The notes: generated by a model from the sequence alone, not told the origin. Counted from the stretch's first letter, positions 17,931-28,862 are shown. The stretch: 64,000 nucleotides of DNA from an uncultured bacterium (GCA_963777505.1 CAVZQN010000001.1:352001-416000), one strand, 5' to 3'. Translations and numbers: made by a program.

Positions 17931-20060
17931 ATGACGAAGATAGGATCAGGCATTCCAGGTATTCCAGGTTTTCCAGGTGGCTCAAATGAGCCGATAGTAA
18001 TTCAAGGGGGTAGCGGTAATGACAAAATTAACGTTACTCCAGGTTTTGGTGGCGGGGTCAACGTAACTGTAACCGACCAGCACGGTAAATCCTCCACTCA
18101 AAGTTATACAGCAGAAGAAGCCTCACGTTTAGTCATTAAAGGCGGAGCCGGTAATGACAACATCTCAGTCGATCCCAGAGTAAAACAAGGGATCACTATT
18201 GATGGTGGAAGAGGAAATGATACGATTCGCGGCGGCGGCGGAAATGACCGTATTACAGGCGGCCGCGGTGATGATTTCATCGACGGTGGCGCAGGACATG
18301 ATTCCATTTCCGGTGGAAAAGGGAGAGACACCCTTCTTGGTGGTCGTGGTAACGATACCATCGAAGGTGGAAAAGGAAATGATTGGATTTCCGGTGGAGC
18401 CGGAAACGATAGCATCAAAGGTGGAAAAGGAAACGACACAATCCATGGCGGGAGTGGTCGCGATTCCATCGATGGTGGACGCGGAAATGATTGGATTTCC
18501 GGTGGAACCGGAAACGACAGCATCCAGGGTGGACGCGGAAACGACACAATCCACGGCGGAGCAGGACAAGATTCGATCCAGGGTGGACGCGGCAATGATT
18601 GGATTTCCGGTGGAACCGGAAATGACAGCATCCAGGGCGGACGCGGCAACGACACAATCCACGGCGGAGCAGGACATGATTCAATCCAGGGTGGACGCGG
18701 AAACGATTGGATTTCCGGTGGAACCGGAAATGACAGCATCCAGGGTGGACGCGGAAACGACACAATCCACGGTGGAGCCGGACATGATTCACTCCAGGGC
18801 GGAAGCGGAAACGACAACATAACAGGCGGACCTGGATTCGATAATATTTCAGGCGGACGTGGATTCGATAGAGTTAATTACGGTTTTGGTGGTCCACAAT
18901 ACTCACCCCTCAATCCAGGCTTTGCTCCTCGTCCCTATCCCGCAACCGGCCCGATTAATATCGGTGGCGGACGTGGCGACGATACCATAAACGTAACTCC
19001 TGGTAGAAATGGAGGCGTTAATGTATCGGTTACCGATCAATATGGTAGAACATCGCGTCATAGTTTGACCGCTGAAGAAGCTTCTAGATTGAATATTCGC
19101 GGCGGAGCAGGCAACGACAAAATTACGGTCGATCCAAGAGTCACTCAGGGAATTAAGATTGATGGTGGACGCGGAAACGACGTCATTCAAGGCGGAAGCG
19201 GCAACGACACCATTAAAGGTGGCAGCGGAAACGATGTAATTTCTGGCGGAGCCGGAAGGGACAACATTGATGGCGGAAAAGGAAATGATTTATTGCTCGG
19301 TGGAAGCGGCAACGACACTATTAAAGGTGGTAGTGGACGCGATGTAATTTCTGGCGGAACCGGAAGTGACAACATTGATGGCGGCCGCGGGAATGATGTA
19401 TTGCTCGGTGGAAGCGGCAACGACAATATTCAGGGCGGCAGCGGAAAGGATTTCATCGACGGTGGAGCCGGTAACGATCGGATTCGCGGTGGAAGAGGCA
19501 ACGATGTAATCTCCGGCGGAACCGGAAACGATAACATTGATGGCGGCAGCGGAAACGATTGGATCGGCGGCGGAGCCGGTAACGACAGTATTCGCGGTGG
19601 AAGAGGCAACGATGTAATCGCCGGCGGAACTGGAAGAGATAACATTGATGGCGGCAGCGGAAACGATTGGATCGGCGGCGGAGCCGGTAGTGACCGGATT
19701 CGCGGTGGAAGCGGCAACGATGTAATCTCCGGCGGAACTGGAAACGATAGCATCTCCGGTGGAAGCGGTCGCGATAACATCGCAGGTGGAGCAGGCAACG
19801 ATTTCATCACTGGCGGAAGCGGAAATGACAACATCTCTGGTGGATCCGGAAACGATGCCATCTTAGGTGGATCAGGACGCGACAATATTAACGCTGGAAG
19901 CGGCAATGACTTTGTTGCAGGCGGAACTGGAAACGATAACATCATCGGTGGAGCCGGAAACGATGTTCTTCTAGGTAATGCTGGAAACGACACAATCCAT
20001 GGTGATAATCCAACACCAGAAGAGTTGTTACGTAGACGTCGCGGACCAATCAGAGGATAA
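17931..20060 (+). CDS. RTX/hemolysin-type calcium-binding repeat protein with two duplicated modules
   Basis: Dozens of GGxGxDxIx nonapeptides; AAGGAG RBS; no signal peptide. Confidence 0.9.
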   Translation: MTKIGSGIPGIPGFPGGSNEPIVIQGGSGNDKINVTPGFGGGVNVTVTDQHGKSSTQSYTAEEASRLVIKGGAGNDNISVDPRVKQGITIDGGRGNDTIRGGGGNDRITGGRGDDFIDGGAGHDSISGGKGRDTLLGGRGNDTIEGGKGNDWISGGAGNDSIKGGKGNDTIHGGSGRDSIDGGRGNDWISGGTGNDSIQGGRGNDTIHGGAGQDSIQGGRGNDWISGGTGNDSIQGGRGNDTIHGGAGHDSIQGGRGNDWISGGTGNDSIQGGRGNDTIHGGAGHDSLQGGSGNDNITGGPGFDNISGGRGFDRVNYGFGGPQYSPLNPGFAPRPYPATGPINIGGGRGDDTINVTPGRNGGVNVSVTDQYGRTSRHSLTAEEASRLNIRGGAGNDKITVDPRVTQGIKIDGGRGNDVIQGGSGNDTIKGGSGNDVISGGAGRDNIDGGKGNDLLLGGSGNDTIKGGSGRDVISGGTGSDNIDGGRGNDVLLGGSGNDNIQGGSGKDFIDGGAGNDRIRGGRGNDVISGGTGNDNIDGGSGNDWIGGGAGNDSIRGGRGNDVIAGGTGRDNIDGGSGNDWIGGGAGSDRIRGGSGNDVISGGTGNDSISGGSGRDNIAGGAGNDFITGGSGNDNISGGSGNDAILGGSGRDNINAGSGNDFVAGGTGNDNIIGGAGNDVLLGNAGNDTIHGDNPTPEELLRRRRGPIRG
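18474..18797 (+). repeat. Intragenic tandem repeat, 3 x 108 bp (36 aa)
   Basis: Near-identical units start at 18474, 18582 and 18690 (GGTGGACGCGG.AA.GATTGGATTTCCGGTGGAACCGG...). Confidence 0.9.
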
Positions 20061-20093
20061 TCCGCACACTTCACAACTTAGAACTAGATAAGT

Positions 20094-20134
20094 ACTCCGG
20101 AGCCGCCCACTCGGGTTGGTTCCGGAGTTTTTTT
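20094..20134 (+). terminator. Rho-independent terminator after the RTX gene
   Basis: ACTCCGGAGCC...GGTTCCGGAGT stem followed by a T-run. Confidence 0.8.
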
Positions 20135-20185
20135 GGCCGCATCGTGGCAATTCAAATTCTTTCGCGTTAAATTCAATTTTAAGAA

Positions 20186-21103
20186 ATGAAAATACATCGT
20201 TTAGCTCTTTTGATACTTTTACTTGCAACAACCGCATTTGGCGACGACGATTTCCAGGAAGTTGTTTCTGTTCAAGCAGTCAATGTATTTCTAACAGCGC
20301 GTGATGGCGATGGAAAAATGATCCGCGATCTTAACAGGAAAGAGATAACAGTATTGGAGAATGGAGTAACACAACCGATTCTCGACATTTCTAACCTTGC
20401 CTTGGAACAAACAGATAAATGGAGCGGAAAGGATGTCCCATTAAGTGTTACTTTTGCAATGGATATTAGTGCGAGCATGCGCAGCAAAGAAGGAAATGGA
20501 AATCGAATGGACGTTGCAAAAAGTGCAGTTCTAATGCTCATGGATGAATTGAAACCAGATGATCAAATGATGCTCACTTCATTCGGACGCTTTCCAAGGA
20601 TTCTTACTGAAAACACGGTCGATAAAAAACTTATAGAAGATCTTCTTCTATTGCAGAAGCCGAATGAGGGTAAGACTGCACTCTACGACTCGCTTTCTGT
20701 TGTATTAGATAAGATGGAAGGTTTTCCTGGAAGAAGGATCCTGGTTCTATGTACGGATGGAGATGACAATTCAAGCGTGATGAATTTTACAAGTTTTTTG
20801 AATAAACTTGCTGGAACTGATGTTTTGATTCTTGCTTTTACAGTTCCTTCCTCAAATCCAACGCACAACAAATACGAAATACAAAAGATGGCTGAGGTCA
20901 CAGGCGGTTATGCATTCTTTCCAGAGAATGTGCAACATCTTCAAGAAATTCTCGCACAACTAAGGCGCGCCATGCGGAGTCAATATTCACTCTGGTATCG
21001 ATCTTCAAATAATTCAAAGGATGGAAATTGGAGAACAATTCAAATTCTCTGCAACCGGCCAGGAATTGAGGTCTATCATCGGTCAGGATATTTCGCCCGC
21101 TGA
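20186..21103 (+). CDS. Secreted VWA-domain protein (acidobacterial VWFA-related type)
   Basis: Signal peptide, MIDAS DISASM, TALYD, TDGDDN, TGG and C-terminal QY.L.Y...DG.WR.I...R.GY. Confidence 0.9.
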   Translation: MKIHRLALLILLLATTAFGDDDFQEVVSVQAVNVFLTARDGDGKMIRDLNRKEITVLENGVTQPILDISNLALEQTDKWSGKDVPLSVTFAMDISASMRSKEGNGNRMDVAKSAVLMLMDELKPDDQMMLTSFGRFPRILTENTVDKKLIEDLLLLQKPNEGKTALYDSLSVVLDKMEGFPGRRILVLCTDGDDNSSVMNFTSFLNKLAGTDVLILAFTVPSSNPTHNKYEIQKMAEVTGGYAFFPENVQHLQEILAQLRRAMRSQYSLWYRSSNNSKDGNWRTIQILCNRPGIEVYHRSGYFAR

Positions 21104-21131
21104 TCTCACCAAAATATGATACGCTCAGAAT

Positions 21132-21599
21132 ATGAACCCTATAGAAAATCTTTCAGGATATGCAGGTAAGTGGAAAGGCACAAACCGGCTTCAGAATCCT
21201 AATACGAATGCAGCAGAGGATTCAGAATCAGTATTAACTTTGAACCCCATTCTACTAGGCAGATTCATTCGAATGGATTACACCTGGGATTCTTTAGGGA
21301 AACCGCAAGAAGGATCGATGCTGATCGGGTACGACAAAGAAGCTAAGGATGTAACCATCCACTGGATCGATACATGGCACAATGGCAATAACGTAATGGT
21401 ATCCCGTGGTAAAGCAGATGAGGACGGAAACATTTCTACCTTTGGTACGTTTCCAGCACCACCTGATCCTGATTGGGGTTGGACAATAAAAATCACACCG
21501 GCTCAGAATCAGTCAATTCGGATTGTAATGCATTGTGTTCCGCCAGAAGGCAGTGGCGATGCATTCTTCGCCTGCGAATCCAACTACAAGAAGATATAA
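21132..21599 (+). CDS. DUF1579-like beta-barrel protein
   Basis: G.WKG, GRF.R.DY, G...GYD and W.D.W pattern. Confidence 0.65.
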   Translation: MNPIENLSGYAGKWKGTNRLQNPNTNAAEDSESVLTLNPILLGRFIRMDYTWDSLGKPQEGSMLIGYDKEAKDVTIHWIDTWHNGNNVMVSRGKADEDGNISTFGTFPAPPDPDWGWTIKITPAQNQSIRIVMHCVPPEGSGDAFFACESNYKKI

Positions 21600-21602
21600 C
21601 AA

Positions 21603-21730
21603 TCGGAGCGCGGGCATCCTTGCCCGCATTACGGGCCGCAGGCATCCTGCCTGCAAGAATTATCTGCAGGATTTATACACGCGGACTGGAAGTCCGCGTC
21701 CCATAATGCAGGCTAGAAGCCTGCGCTCCG
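21603..21730. repeat. REP-like cluster, family A
   Basis: CGGAGCGCGGGCATCCTTGCCCGC, GGGCCGCAGGCATCCTGCCTGC and inverted partners ending in GCCTGCGCTCCG, between convergent genes. Confidence 0.8.
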
Positions 21731-21738
21731 TAATAGAA

Positions 21739-24700
21739 TTACTTTGGTAGTTGCACCGGCAACACACCTACAGCAAGTGCTTGCTTATTGAATGCCGCTA
21801 CATCTGTAGATAGTACTGCTTCCAATTTTGCAAGCTGGGCATCAACAGCCGTTTCAAGATCTCGAACCCGATCTTTTTGCCCATCTGTTGGGCGGCTATC
21901 TGTTCCGTCCAGATGCATATAGACATAAGCGAGCTGGTTGTCCAGCTTGGTGGGATAATTTTCCGTATCTTGATCGGCTTCGTTTTTTGGCTGCATCAAT
22001 TCTGATTCGATTGCGCTGAGTTTATCCCACAATGCATCAGCCGCTTTTCGTAATTCACTTGAGTCCTTTCCTGATTTTGAAAGTCTGTCTACAACATCGC
22101 GAGCCTGGTCACGAACGAACCGGATCTTTCTAACTCCACCATAAATCTGATTTAAACGATTCTGTATTTGATACGCAAATGCAAACTGTTCATTCAACTC
22201 TTCTTCCGAAGCAGAAGCTCTTGGATCTTTGATCACCTTGAACGGCTGAGTTTGTTTCCAATTTCCAATTGCCAGAGTCGCTTGAAATGTGCCGGGTGCA
22301 ACTCGGGTTCCACCAACAAATCCCCATACGATTGTACCTTTTGGAAAATCGACGGCAGGATAGCGAAGGTCCCAAACAAAGCGATTTGAACCAATATTTT
22401 TTGTAAGGATCCTATCTCCGGAAAAATTCCCCATGAAACCATACGGAAAATCAACATCCGGTTGAGATTTTCCTTCGCTGGAAAAAGTTTGAATCAACTG
22501 ACCTTTCGAATCTGAAATTGTCAGAGTTATTTCACCATTCACTTTTTCTGGCAGAGTATAAAAAATCATTGCACCGCGAGGCGGATTGGAATCAGATCCT
22601 GACAGCTGCATTCGCACTGTATCACGCGGCTTAAAAAGCCATGGCTCTTTATCCTTCGCAGCACCATCTGCAAGTTGATGCACGACTGTTACATCATCAA
22701 GGATCCAGAAACTTCTTCCTTGCGTTGAAAGCACAAGATCATTTTGGTGTACTTTCAAATCGGTGACAGGCACGACCGGAAGATTCATTTGAAATGATTG
22801 CCAGCTGTTGCCATCATCGAAGGATACATACATTCCGGATTCAGTTCCTGCATAAAGCAATCCTTTTCGCACAGGATCTTCGCGTACCACACGTGTTGGA
22901 TTGCCTGCAGCAATTCCGTTTTTGCCGTTCGCAAGAGAGGTCCAATTCTTTCCGTAATCTGTCGTCTTAAAAATGTATGGCTGAAAATCGCCAAGCTTAT
23001 GCTTTAAAACTGTGATGATAGCCTTTGCAGGATCATGCGGCGAGGGTTCAATGCTGTTGATGCCTCCCCATTCCGGCACACCTTTAGGAGTTACATTCCG
23101 CCAGGTCTTGCCATGATCATCAGAAACATGGACTAAACCATCATCGCTTCCTGCCCAAAGCACACCTGCCTTCACAGGCGACTCTTCAAACGAAAGCACA
23201 TTGGAATAAACTTCAATGCCTGTATTTTCGTAGGTTATCGGCTCGCCAGAATAGTCTTGTTTTGTTTTATCATTGCGCGAAAGATCAGGACTGATTACTT
23301 CCCAACTTTGTCCTTCATTTGTTGTCCGATGAACAAATTGCGATGCAAAATAAATCTCTTTTGGATTGTGACGGGATACACGAAGCGGCGCATTCCAATT
23401 AAACCTGTAACGTAAATCCTTCGGCGCCAAGCCAATTTCCATTTCAGGATAGGCCATCACATTACGAAATTCATTCGTCTTTTGATTCAAGCGTGTAATT
23501 TCACCGCCATAACTTCCGGCATAAACAATATCGGGATTACTGTAAGCAAAACCGATGTGTCCGCTTTCACCGCCGCCCATGTTACGCCAATCTTCAAAAG
23601 ACGTAAGCTTTCCAGATTCCAATCTGCTTGGTAATGAAATTGTGCTGTTATCCTGTTGCGCGCCATAGACTCGATACGGAAATTGATTGTCCACAGCAAC
23701 GTAATACATTTCTGCGGTTGGCTGATTCAGCAATGTGGACCAGTTTTTGCCTTCATCAAATGTAACGGAAGCACCACCATCCGTTCCCATGACCATAATT
23801 CGCGTATCAGAAGGATTAATCCAAAGATCATGTCCATCACCATGAGGGACGGCAACCTCTTCCCAATTCTCACCGCCATCGCGTGAGCGGAATTGATCTA
23901 CATTTAAGACGTACACTTTTTGTTGATCTTTTGGATCAGCATATATATGCATGTAATACCACGGACGCTGATAGAGTCTTCGAGTTTGATTTGTTTTTAA
24001 GAGCTTCCAGCTTTGTCCACCATCATCAGAACGGAATACACCTCCCTTCTCAGCTTCGACAAGAGCCCACATACGATTCGGATTCGCGGGAGATATTGTC
24101 ACTCCGATTTTTCCAACGACACCTTCAGGCAATCCGCCTGTAACTTTTTCCCATGAATCGCCGCCATTCATGCTTTTATACAACCCACTCTCCTCACTTC
24201 CAGAAATAATGGTCCATGGCTTGCGTTGCATAGTCCACGCTACTGCAAATAAAATTCGTGGATTCGTCGGATCCATCACAATATCGTCGAATCCGGTTTT
24301 GGGGCTGATATTTAGAATTTTTTCCCAATCTTTTCCGCCATTTTTCGAACGATATAAACCACGTTCTTCGTTGTGTGCAAAAGGATTTCCAAGTACCGCA
24401 ACATAAACCAGATTCGGATCATCAGGATGAATTACGATTCGCCCAATTTGTCCGGCTTTGCGCAATCCTGAGTGTGTCCATTTTTTTCCACCATCGAGCG
24501 ATTTATAAATGCCAACACCTACAGAAACATTGCCTCGAATTGTGGACTGCCCTGTTCCTACGTAAACAATATTCGGATCTGATTGCGACACAGCAATCGC
24601 ACCGATCGAACCGCTTTCAAAAAATGCATCCGAAATGTTTTCCCATGTTTGACCCTGCATTTTCTGTTTTCCAAACACCACCCGAATTTCCCATCAAGAA

Positions 24701-24865
24701 TGTATACGTTTGACCTGGAACGCCCGTTACCGCGCTGCATCGCCCTCCGCGACTCGGTCCAATACTTCTGTATTTCAAAGCTTGCAGTTTTGATTGATCA
24801 ATCTCTGCTTCAGCAGAAACAAAACCAATTAAGATTGCACAACAAGTCAGAATGAATTTCCTCAT
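21739..24865 (-). CDS. VPS10/BNR-repeat (Asp-box) secreted glycosyl-hydrolase-like protein; frameshift near 24654
   Basis: Signal peptide and YRSIGPSRGGR in ORF 24617-24886 (ATG 24865 with GAGGAG RBS). Many S.D.G.TW Asp-boxes lie in 21739-24681. An extra G in GCAGGGTCAAACA joins the two frames. Confidence 0.85.
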
Positions 24866-24882
24866 AATTTCTCCTCGTACTT

Positions 24883-25965
24883 TCATGTAGATACAACTGG
24901 CTCACGATACAGCGGTGCTAATACAGATACTTCATCAATAATCTTCATAAGTTCATCACGAACAGGAAATTGAAGGTGTTTGTTCAGGGCCGATTCTCCT
25001 GCGCGTTGAAGGGATTTACGTAGTTGCTGATCAAAGAGTACTTTTCGAATCAGCCCTGCAACGATTTCTGGATTTTTTTCGTGAAAAAGAAGCGCACCGC
25101 CATCAGCGGTTTCAGGAATCGCTCCCGCAGCATACGCTACAACTGGGACTTTAAAATGAAAAGCTTCCAAAATTGGAACACAAAAACCTTCATGTTCACT
25201 GACAACCAGCAAAGCATCTGCAAGATGATAAAGAGCATTTAAGTCCTCTTGCGTGATGAGGCCAAGAAAATCACATTTTGCTTTGCACTCACGCGCTGCT
25301 TCCCTGACAGCAAGATAATATGGCACTGCGTCTCGGGAAGTTCCAACAATAACGAACCTTACATCGCGGAACAATGATGCAATTCTGATTGCATCCTCTA
25401 CTTTCTTATTTGGCGCAATCCTGCCTACGACTAAAACTTTTTTCTCTTTTCCACTGAAGGCCTGCAGCGTCACAGGATCGGGAGGCAGCTCAAGCCGCTT
25501 AATGTTGATTTGAAGCGGAAGCCACGATGTTCTCTGCAAACCTCCATTCCGAAGATCCTGAAGACTGAATTGTGAAAATGCGACACCATAATGAACAAAT
25601 GGAAGAATTTCAGCAAGATCACTCTTTCCGCGAAGGCAATGAAAAGCCGCCAGCGCATTGATGTTCATCCAATACTGATATGGTGTAACGTTGTGGTAAA
25701 AGAGAATTTTTCTAGCCTTGAAGAAAGGAAGTGTCACCATTCCCATTGATGCGATTGAATAATGTGCTATCAAAATATTTTCTGGTGAATCCATAAATGG
25801 ATAATTACCCAGATGAAGACATTGACCGGTATACTCAGATTCAACTTGTTCTGCAAAGATTTCGGATTTAAATCCTTCCTTTCTTAAAAGAGTTTGAAGA
25901 GAAAATGCTGCATTTGTAACGGCATCGCCTACAGCAATTGAAGTTACAAGTTGATGAATTTCCAT
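24883..25965 (-). CDS. GT4 family glycosyltransferase
   Basis: GDAV, HNVTP, VGRIAPNK and SEHEGFCVPILEA (ExxxxxxxE). True start is probably MEIHQ at 25965. Confidence 0.9.
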   Translation of the reverse strand: MEIHQLVTSIAVGDAVTNAAFSLQTLLRKEGFKSEIFAEQVESEYTGQCLHLGNYPFMDSPENILIAHYSIASMGMVTLPFFKARKILFYHNVTPYQYWMNINALAAFHCLRGKSDLAEILPFVHYGVAFSQFSLQDLRNGGLQRTSWLPLQINIKRLELPPDPVTLQAFSGKEKKVLVVGRIAPNKKVEDAIRIASLFRDVRFVIVGTSRDAVPYYLAVREAARECKAKCDFLGLITQEDLNALYHLADALLVVSEHEGFCVPILEAFHFKVPVVAYAAGAIPETADGGALLFHEKNPEIVAGLIRKVLFDQQLRKSLQRAGESALNKHLQFPVRDELMKIIDEVSVLAPLYREPVVST

Positions 25966-26026
25966 GGGATTTTGCGGCTTGATATTAACACGAGTAGCTT
26001 TTTTTACCGCGAAGGGCGCAGAGTTT

Positions 26027-27403
26027 TTAGGCGTGTACTTGAGTTTGCGCCAGCTTTGCTTGTTCGCCCCAGTATGTCTGGCCTGCTTCAGGCAGCGTAT
26101 AAACCGGATCGTAGTATTCGTACATGTGAGACAACGCATCTGGATCGCTTTCTTCCATAATTGTGCGGTAATTTTTTGTCCAGTAACTGATTCCAAGCTC
26201 ACGATTGTAATTCTTTATTTGATGAACCCATCGTTTGCCAACAAATGGAACGTCACAGACAATTCGTGGTGTCGCAAAACCCGGAACATAACCCATAATG
26301 TCATGCTGAAGCTGCTGTGCTTCATGAACCGCCAAACGCCAGTGTTCAGAGTTCGGAATCATGTCACACATATAAAAATAGTAAGGCATGATTTTGGCGT
26401 GATCCAACAACGTAAAACAAAGATCGAGTAAATCTTTGCTCGTTGAGTTAACCCCGCGCATCAAAACACCTTGATTCCGCACATCGCGATAACCCATCTC
26501 AAGCAATTTCTTCACAGCTTCCGCAACAAGAGGCGTCAGTGAATTTGCATGATTCACATGTGTATGAACAGCAAGATCAACTCCACGCTCCCATGCCTTT
26601 TTTGCCATTCTTTCAAATGCTTTCAGTACATCATCTTGTAAGAAGTGCTGTGGAATACCCATCAGACCTTTTGTTGCAAGACGGATATCCAGAATGTTTG
26701 GAATATCCAGCAGTTGTGAAACGAAATCTTCCAGGACTGTGATCGGGACATTTGCAATATCACCACCAGAAACGACGACATCTCGAACAGAACGATTACT
26801 CCGCAGATATTCAAGCATCGCTTTATAGCGATCCTTTTGATTCAGCTGAAATTTATGTTTTTCAACTTGCGGAACACTGTTACCAACAAGATCCATACGC
26901 GTACAATGTCCACAATACTGAGGGCAGGTGCTTAACAATTCAGCAAGTACCTTTGTTGGATAACGGTGCGTGAGACCTTCGACAACCCACATATCACTTT
27001 CATGCAAAGAGTCGCGCGTTGCTTTCGGATGGCTTGGCCAAACAGGATGCCGGTCTGCAAATGTAGGAAGCATGTACCGGCGGATTGGATCGAGCCAAAG
27101 ATCTGAATAATCCATTGTATTCAGCATTTGCGGTGGGACGAGAAGCGACATAGTGGCACGTTCACGCTGATCTTTTTCAATAGCTTCTGCAAGCGGATCC
27201 GGAAGGAGATTTCCCAGAGTATTCTTTAACTCTTTAATATTTTTTATTGTATGTTTGCGCTGCCATAGCGCACTTCTCCACTCTTCCGCTGATACATCGC
27301 GGAATGCTGGAATCCTTCGCCAATCCGGTTCAACGAATTCCCTTTTTAAAGGATACCGGTATGGTTGCGCCACTTTTTTATCAATATTGTCGTTTGTCGT
27401 CAT
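26027..27403 (-). CDS. kamA: KamA-family radical SAM aminomutase (lysine 2,3-aminomutase-like)
   Basis: GLTHRYP, CPQYCGHC (CxxxCxxC), VVSGGD, RNQGVL.RGVN, PYYFY.CD and C-terminal VPFVGK (likely PLP lysine). Confidence 0.88.
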   Translation of the reverse strand: MTTNDNIDKKVAQPYRYPLKREFVEPDWRRIPAFRDVSAEEWRSALWQRKHTIKNIKELKNTLGNLLPDPLAEAIEKDQRERATMSLLVPPQMLNTMDYSDLWLDPIRRYMLPTFADRHPVWPSHPKATRDSLHESDMWVVEGLTHRYPTKVLAELLSTCPQYCGHCTRMDLVGNSVPQVEKHKFQLNQKDRYKAMLEYLRSNRSVRDVVVSGGDIANVPITVLEDFVSQLLDIPNILDIRLATKGLMGIPQHFLQDDVLKAFERMAKKAWERGVDLAVHTHVNHANSLTPLVAEAVKKLLEMGYRDVRNQGVLMRGVNSTSKDLLDLCFTLLDHAKIMPYYFYMCDMIPNSEHWRLAVHEAQQLQHDIMGYVPGFATPRIVCDVPFVGKRWVHQIKNYNRELGISYWTKNYRTIMEESDPDALSHMYEYYDPVYTLPEAGQTYWGEQAKLAQTQVHA

Positions 27404-27489
27404 GAATACACCGCCGTCTACGCTCGCAAGGCTGGGAAGAATGTAAGGCTTTACTATGCCGGTTGCAAGCCCTTAATTATACAACGGCA

Positions 27490-27612
27490 TTTGTAGATAG
27501 CCACGCAGTCCAGACGCATGTACGCGGCCGAACAGTGCCGTTAAATTCTTCAAAAAATCTCGAATCTCACGGCACTGCCCCGCATTCGCTCAGCTGCGTG
27601 CCTATCTACAAA
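27490..27612. mobile_element. ~122-bp MITE/REPIN-like inverted-repeat element, copy 2 (opposite orientation)
   Basis: TTTGTAGATAG.CACGCAG / CTGCGTG.CTATCTACAAA and inner CAGTGCCGT/ACGGCACTG. Aligns end to end with 3412-3532. Confidence 0.7.
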
Positions 27613-27666
27613 AAACGTTGAAAACTTGAAGGTATTATCGTAAGGTAAAGGGCCGGAGACAATGAT

Positions 27667-28128
27667 TTGAACGAACAACACTATAAGGTCATCGGATGGA
27701 GTATTTTTATAGCTTCAATTGCCCTTGCTCTCTATTGGTGTCTGAACGAAAACGGACTCACGGGATGGTTCATTCGCGTCGGTGAACAAGCCGCGGGGCA
27801 ACGCCTGGGTTTGATAAGCTGGATTCTTACAATTCTGATCGTTGTCTTGCCTGGCTACATTTTGAAAAATTACCTTTTGGCAATGGCCTGGAATGCCCAT
27901 GTGGATTCGCTACCACCCCCAGACCCGATACAATCCGCACGACGGAGCAAATATGTGAAAGATGACGTTGTTGCACCGTTAGCGCCTGCAAATCCGGTTC
28001 GAATTGAAAGCCTTCCTCCGAACCAAAAAGAATTTATTGCGACATGTCCTGCTTGTGGCAATCTTTTTCCAGCTCAGCGAAGCACGAAGGAAATAAAATG
28101 TCCTCAATGCGGGGAAAAAGTTTCGTAG
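27667..28128 (+). CDS. Two-TM membrane protein with a C-terminal Zn-ribbon
   Basis: Two hydrophobic helices, a Pro-rich linker and CPAC...CPQC. Confidence 0.65.
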   Translation: MNEQHYKVIGWSIFIASIALALYWCLNENGLTGWFIRVGEQAAGQRLGLISWILTILIVVLPGYILKNYLLAMAWNAHVDSLPPPDPIQSARRSKYVKDDVVAPLAPANPVRIESLPPNQKEFIATCPACGNLFPAQRSTKEIKCPQCGEKVS

Positions 28129-28146
28129 TATGTATAGGATGAAATT

Positions 28147-28788
28147 ATGGGATTAGATGTTACCTTGATGCCGGTTCAGCGAATTTTGAGCCATCCAAAA
28201 CGGTCGATTGAACATAACGCATTTCTAAAACAAACTGGGTTAACGTTGCCAGAAGGCAGTAGTCAGGATTTTGGCTACACAGAAAAAGTTGGCCCATATG
28301 CAGTTTTTCACCACCTTTGGCGCTATGCTGCTCATTTAGAAATCCGAGGTGAACCGCCTACCGAACCAGGAACGCATCCTAAAGATGACTCTTGTTATCA
28401 GCAAGCGATGGCAAAACCGGAAACAAGATTTGATCAGTTGCTGCGCCATTCCGATGATACCGGTTACTACTATCCGATTGATTTTAACAACGTTTTTTCG
28501 ATTACGCCTGAAGTTCAAAATCAAGGCGGATTCATGAAAAAAATTTTCGGCGGGGGCACTAAAGAAACAATGCAGCCTGTCACGTTTGGTTCAGCAGTTC
28601 AATTGCTGAATGAACTTATGGAAATCAACAAATATTTGCAGGTTCCGGTTCGTGACGAAGTGCCATCTGAAACATATGAAGATGGAATTCATGGCGACGA
28701 ATGGGGCGATGAAAAATGGACTTGGTGTGTGCTCTATTTCATGACCCGTAAAGCCATTGAACACGGCCAAATCGTAGTCTTTGAATAA
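28147..28788 (+). CDS. Hypothetical protein
   Basis: 213-aa ORF starting MGLD, with an HSD..GYYYPIDF motif. Confidence 0.65.
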   Translation: MGLDVTLMPVQRILSHPKRSIEHNAFLKQTGLTLPEGSSQDFGYTEKVGPYAVFHHLWRYAAHLEIRGEPPTEPGTHPKDDSCYQQAMAKPETRFDQLLRHSDDTGYYYPIDFNNVFSITPEVQNQGGFMKKIFGGGTKETMQPVTFGSAVQLLNELMEINKYLQVPVRDEVPSETYEDGIHGDEWGDEKWTWCVLYFMTRKAIEHGQIVVFE

Positions 28789-28862
28789 GATTTTTCAACG
28801 CCGAGTACGCAGAGCTTTAATAAACAATTAATTAACTTTGTGATCTTTGCGTTAAAAAAATT

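Noticed and set aside
18474-18797. Regularly spaced repeats as a CRISPR array
   Set aside because: The units are contiguous, in-frame coding repeats with no unique spacers, and there are no cas genes.
18104-20074. Long Pro/Ser-rich antisense and alternative-frame ORFs over the RTX gene
   Set aside because: They are shadows of the Gly/Asp repeat codons, which lack stops in other frames; there is no independent evidence for them.
25966-26202. N-terminal extensions in the ORF track (GT4 to 26202, also 37276, 51135, 56621, 62974)
   Set aside because: They overlap neighbouring real genes or repeats; downstream starts fit the RBS, signal peptide or domain boundary better.
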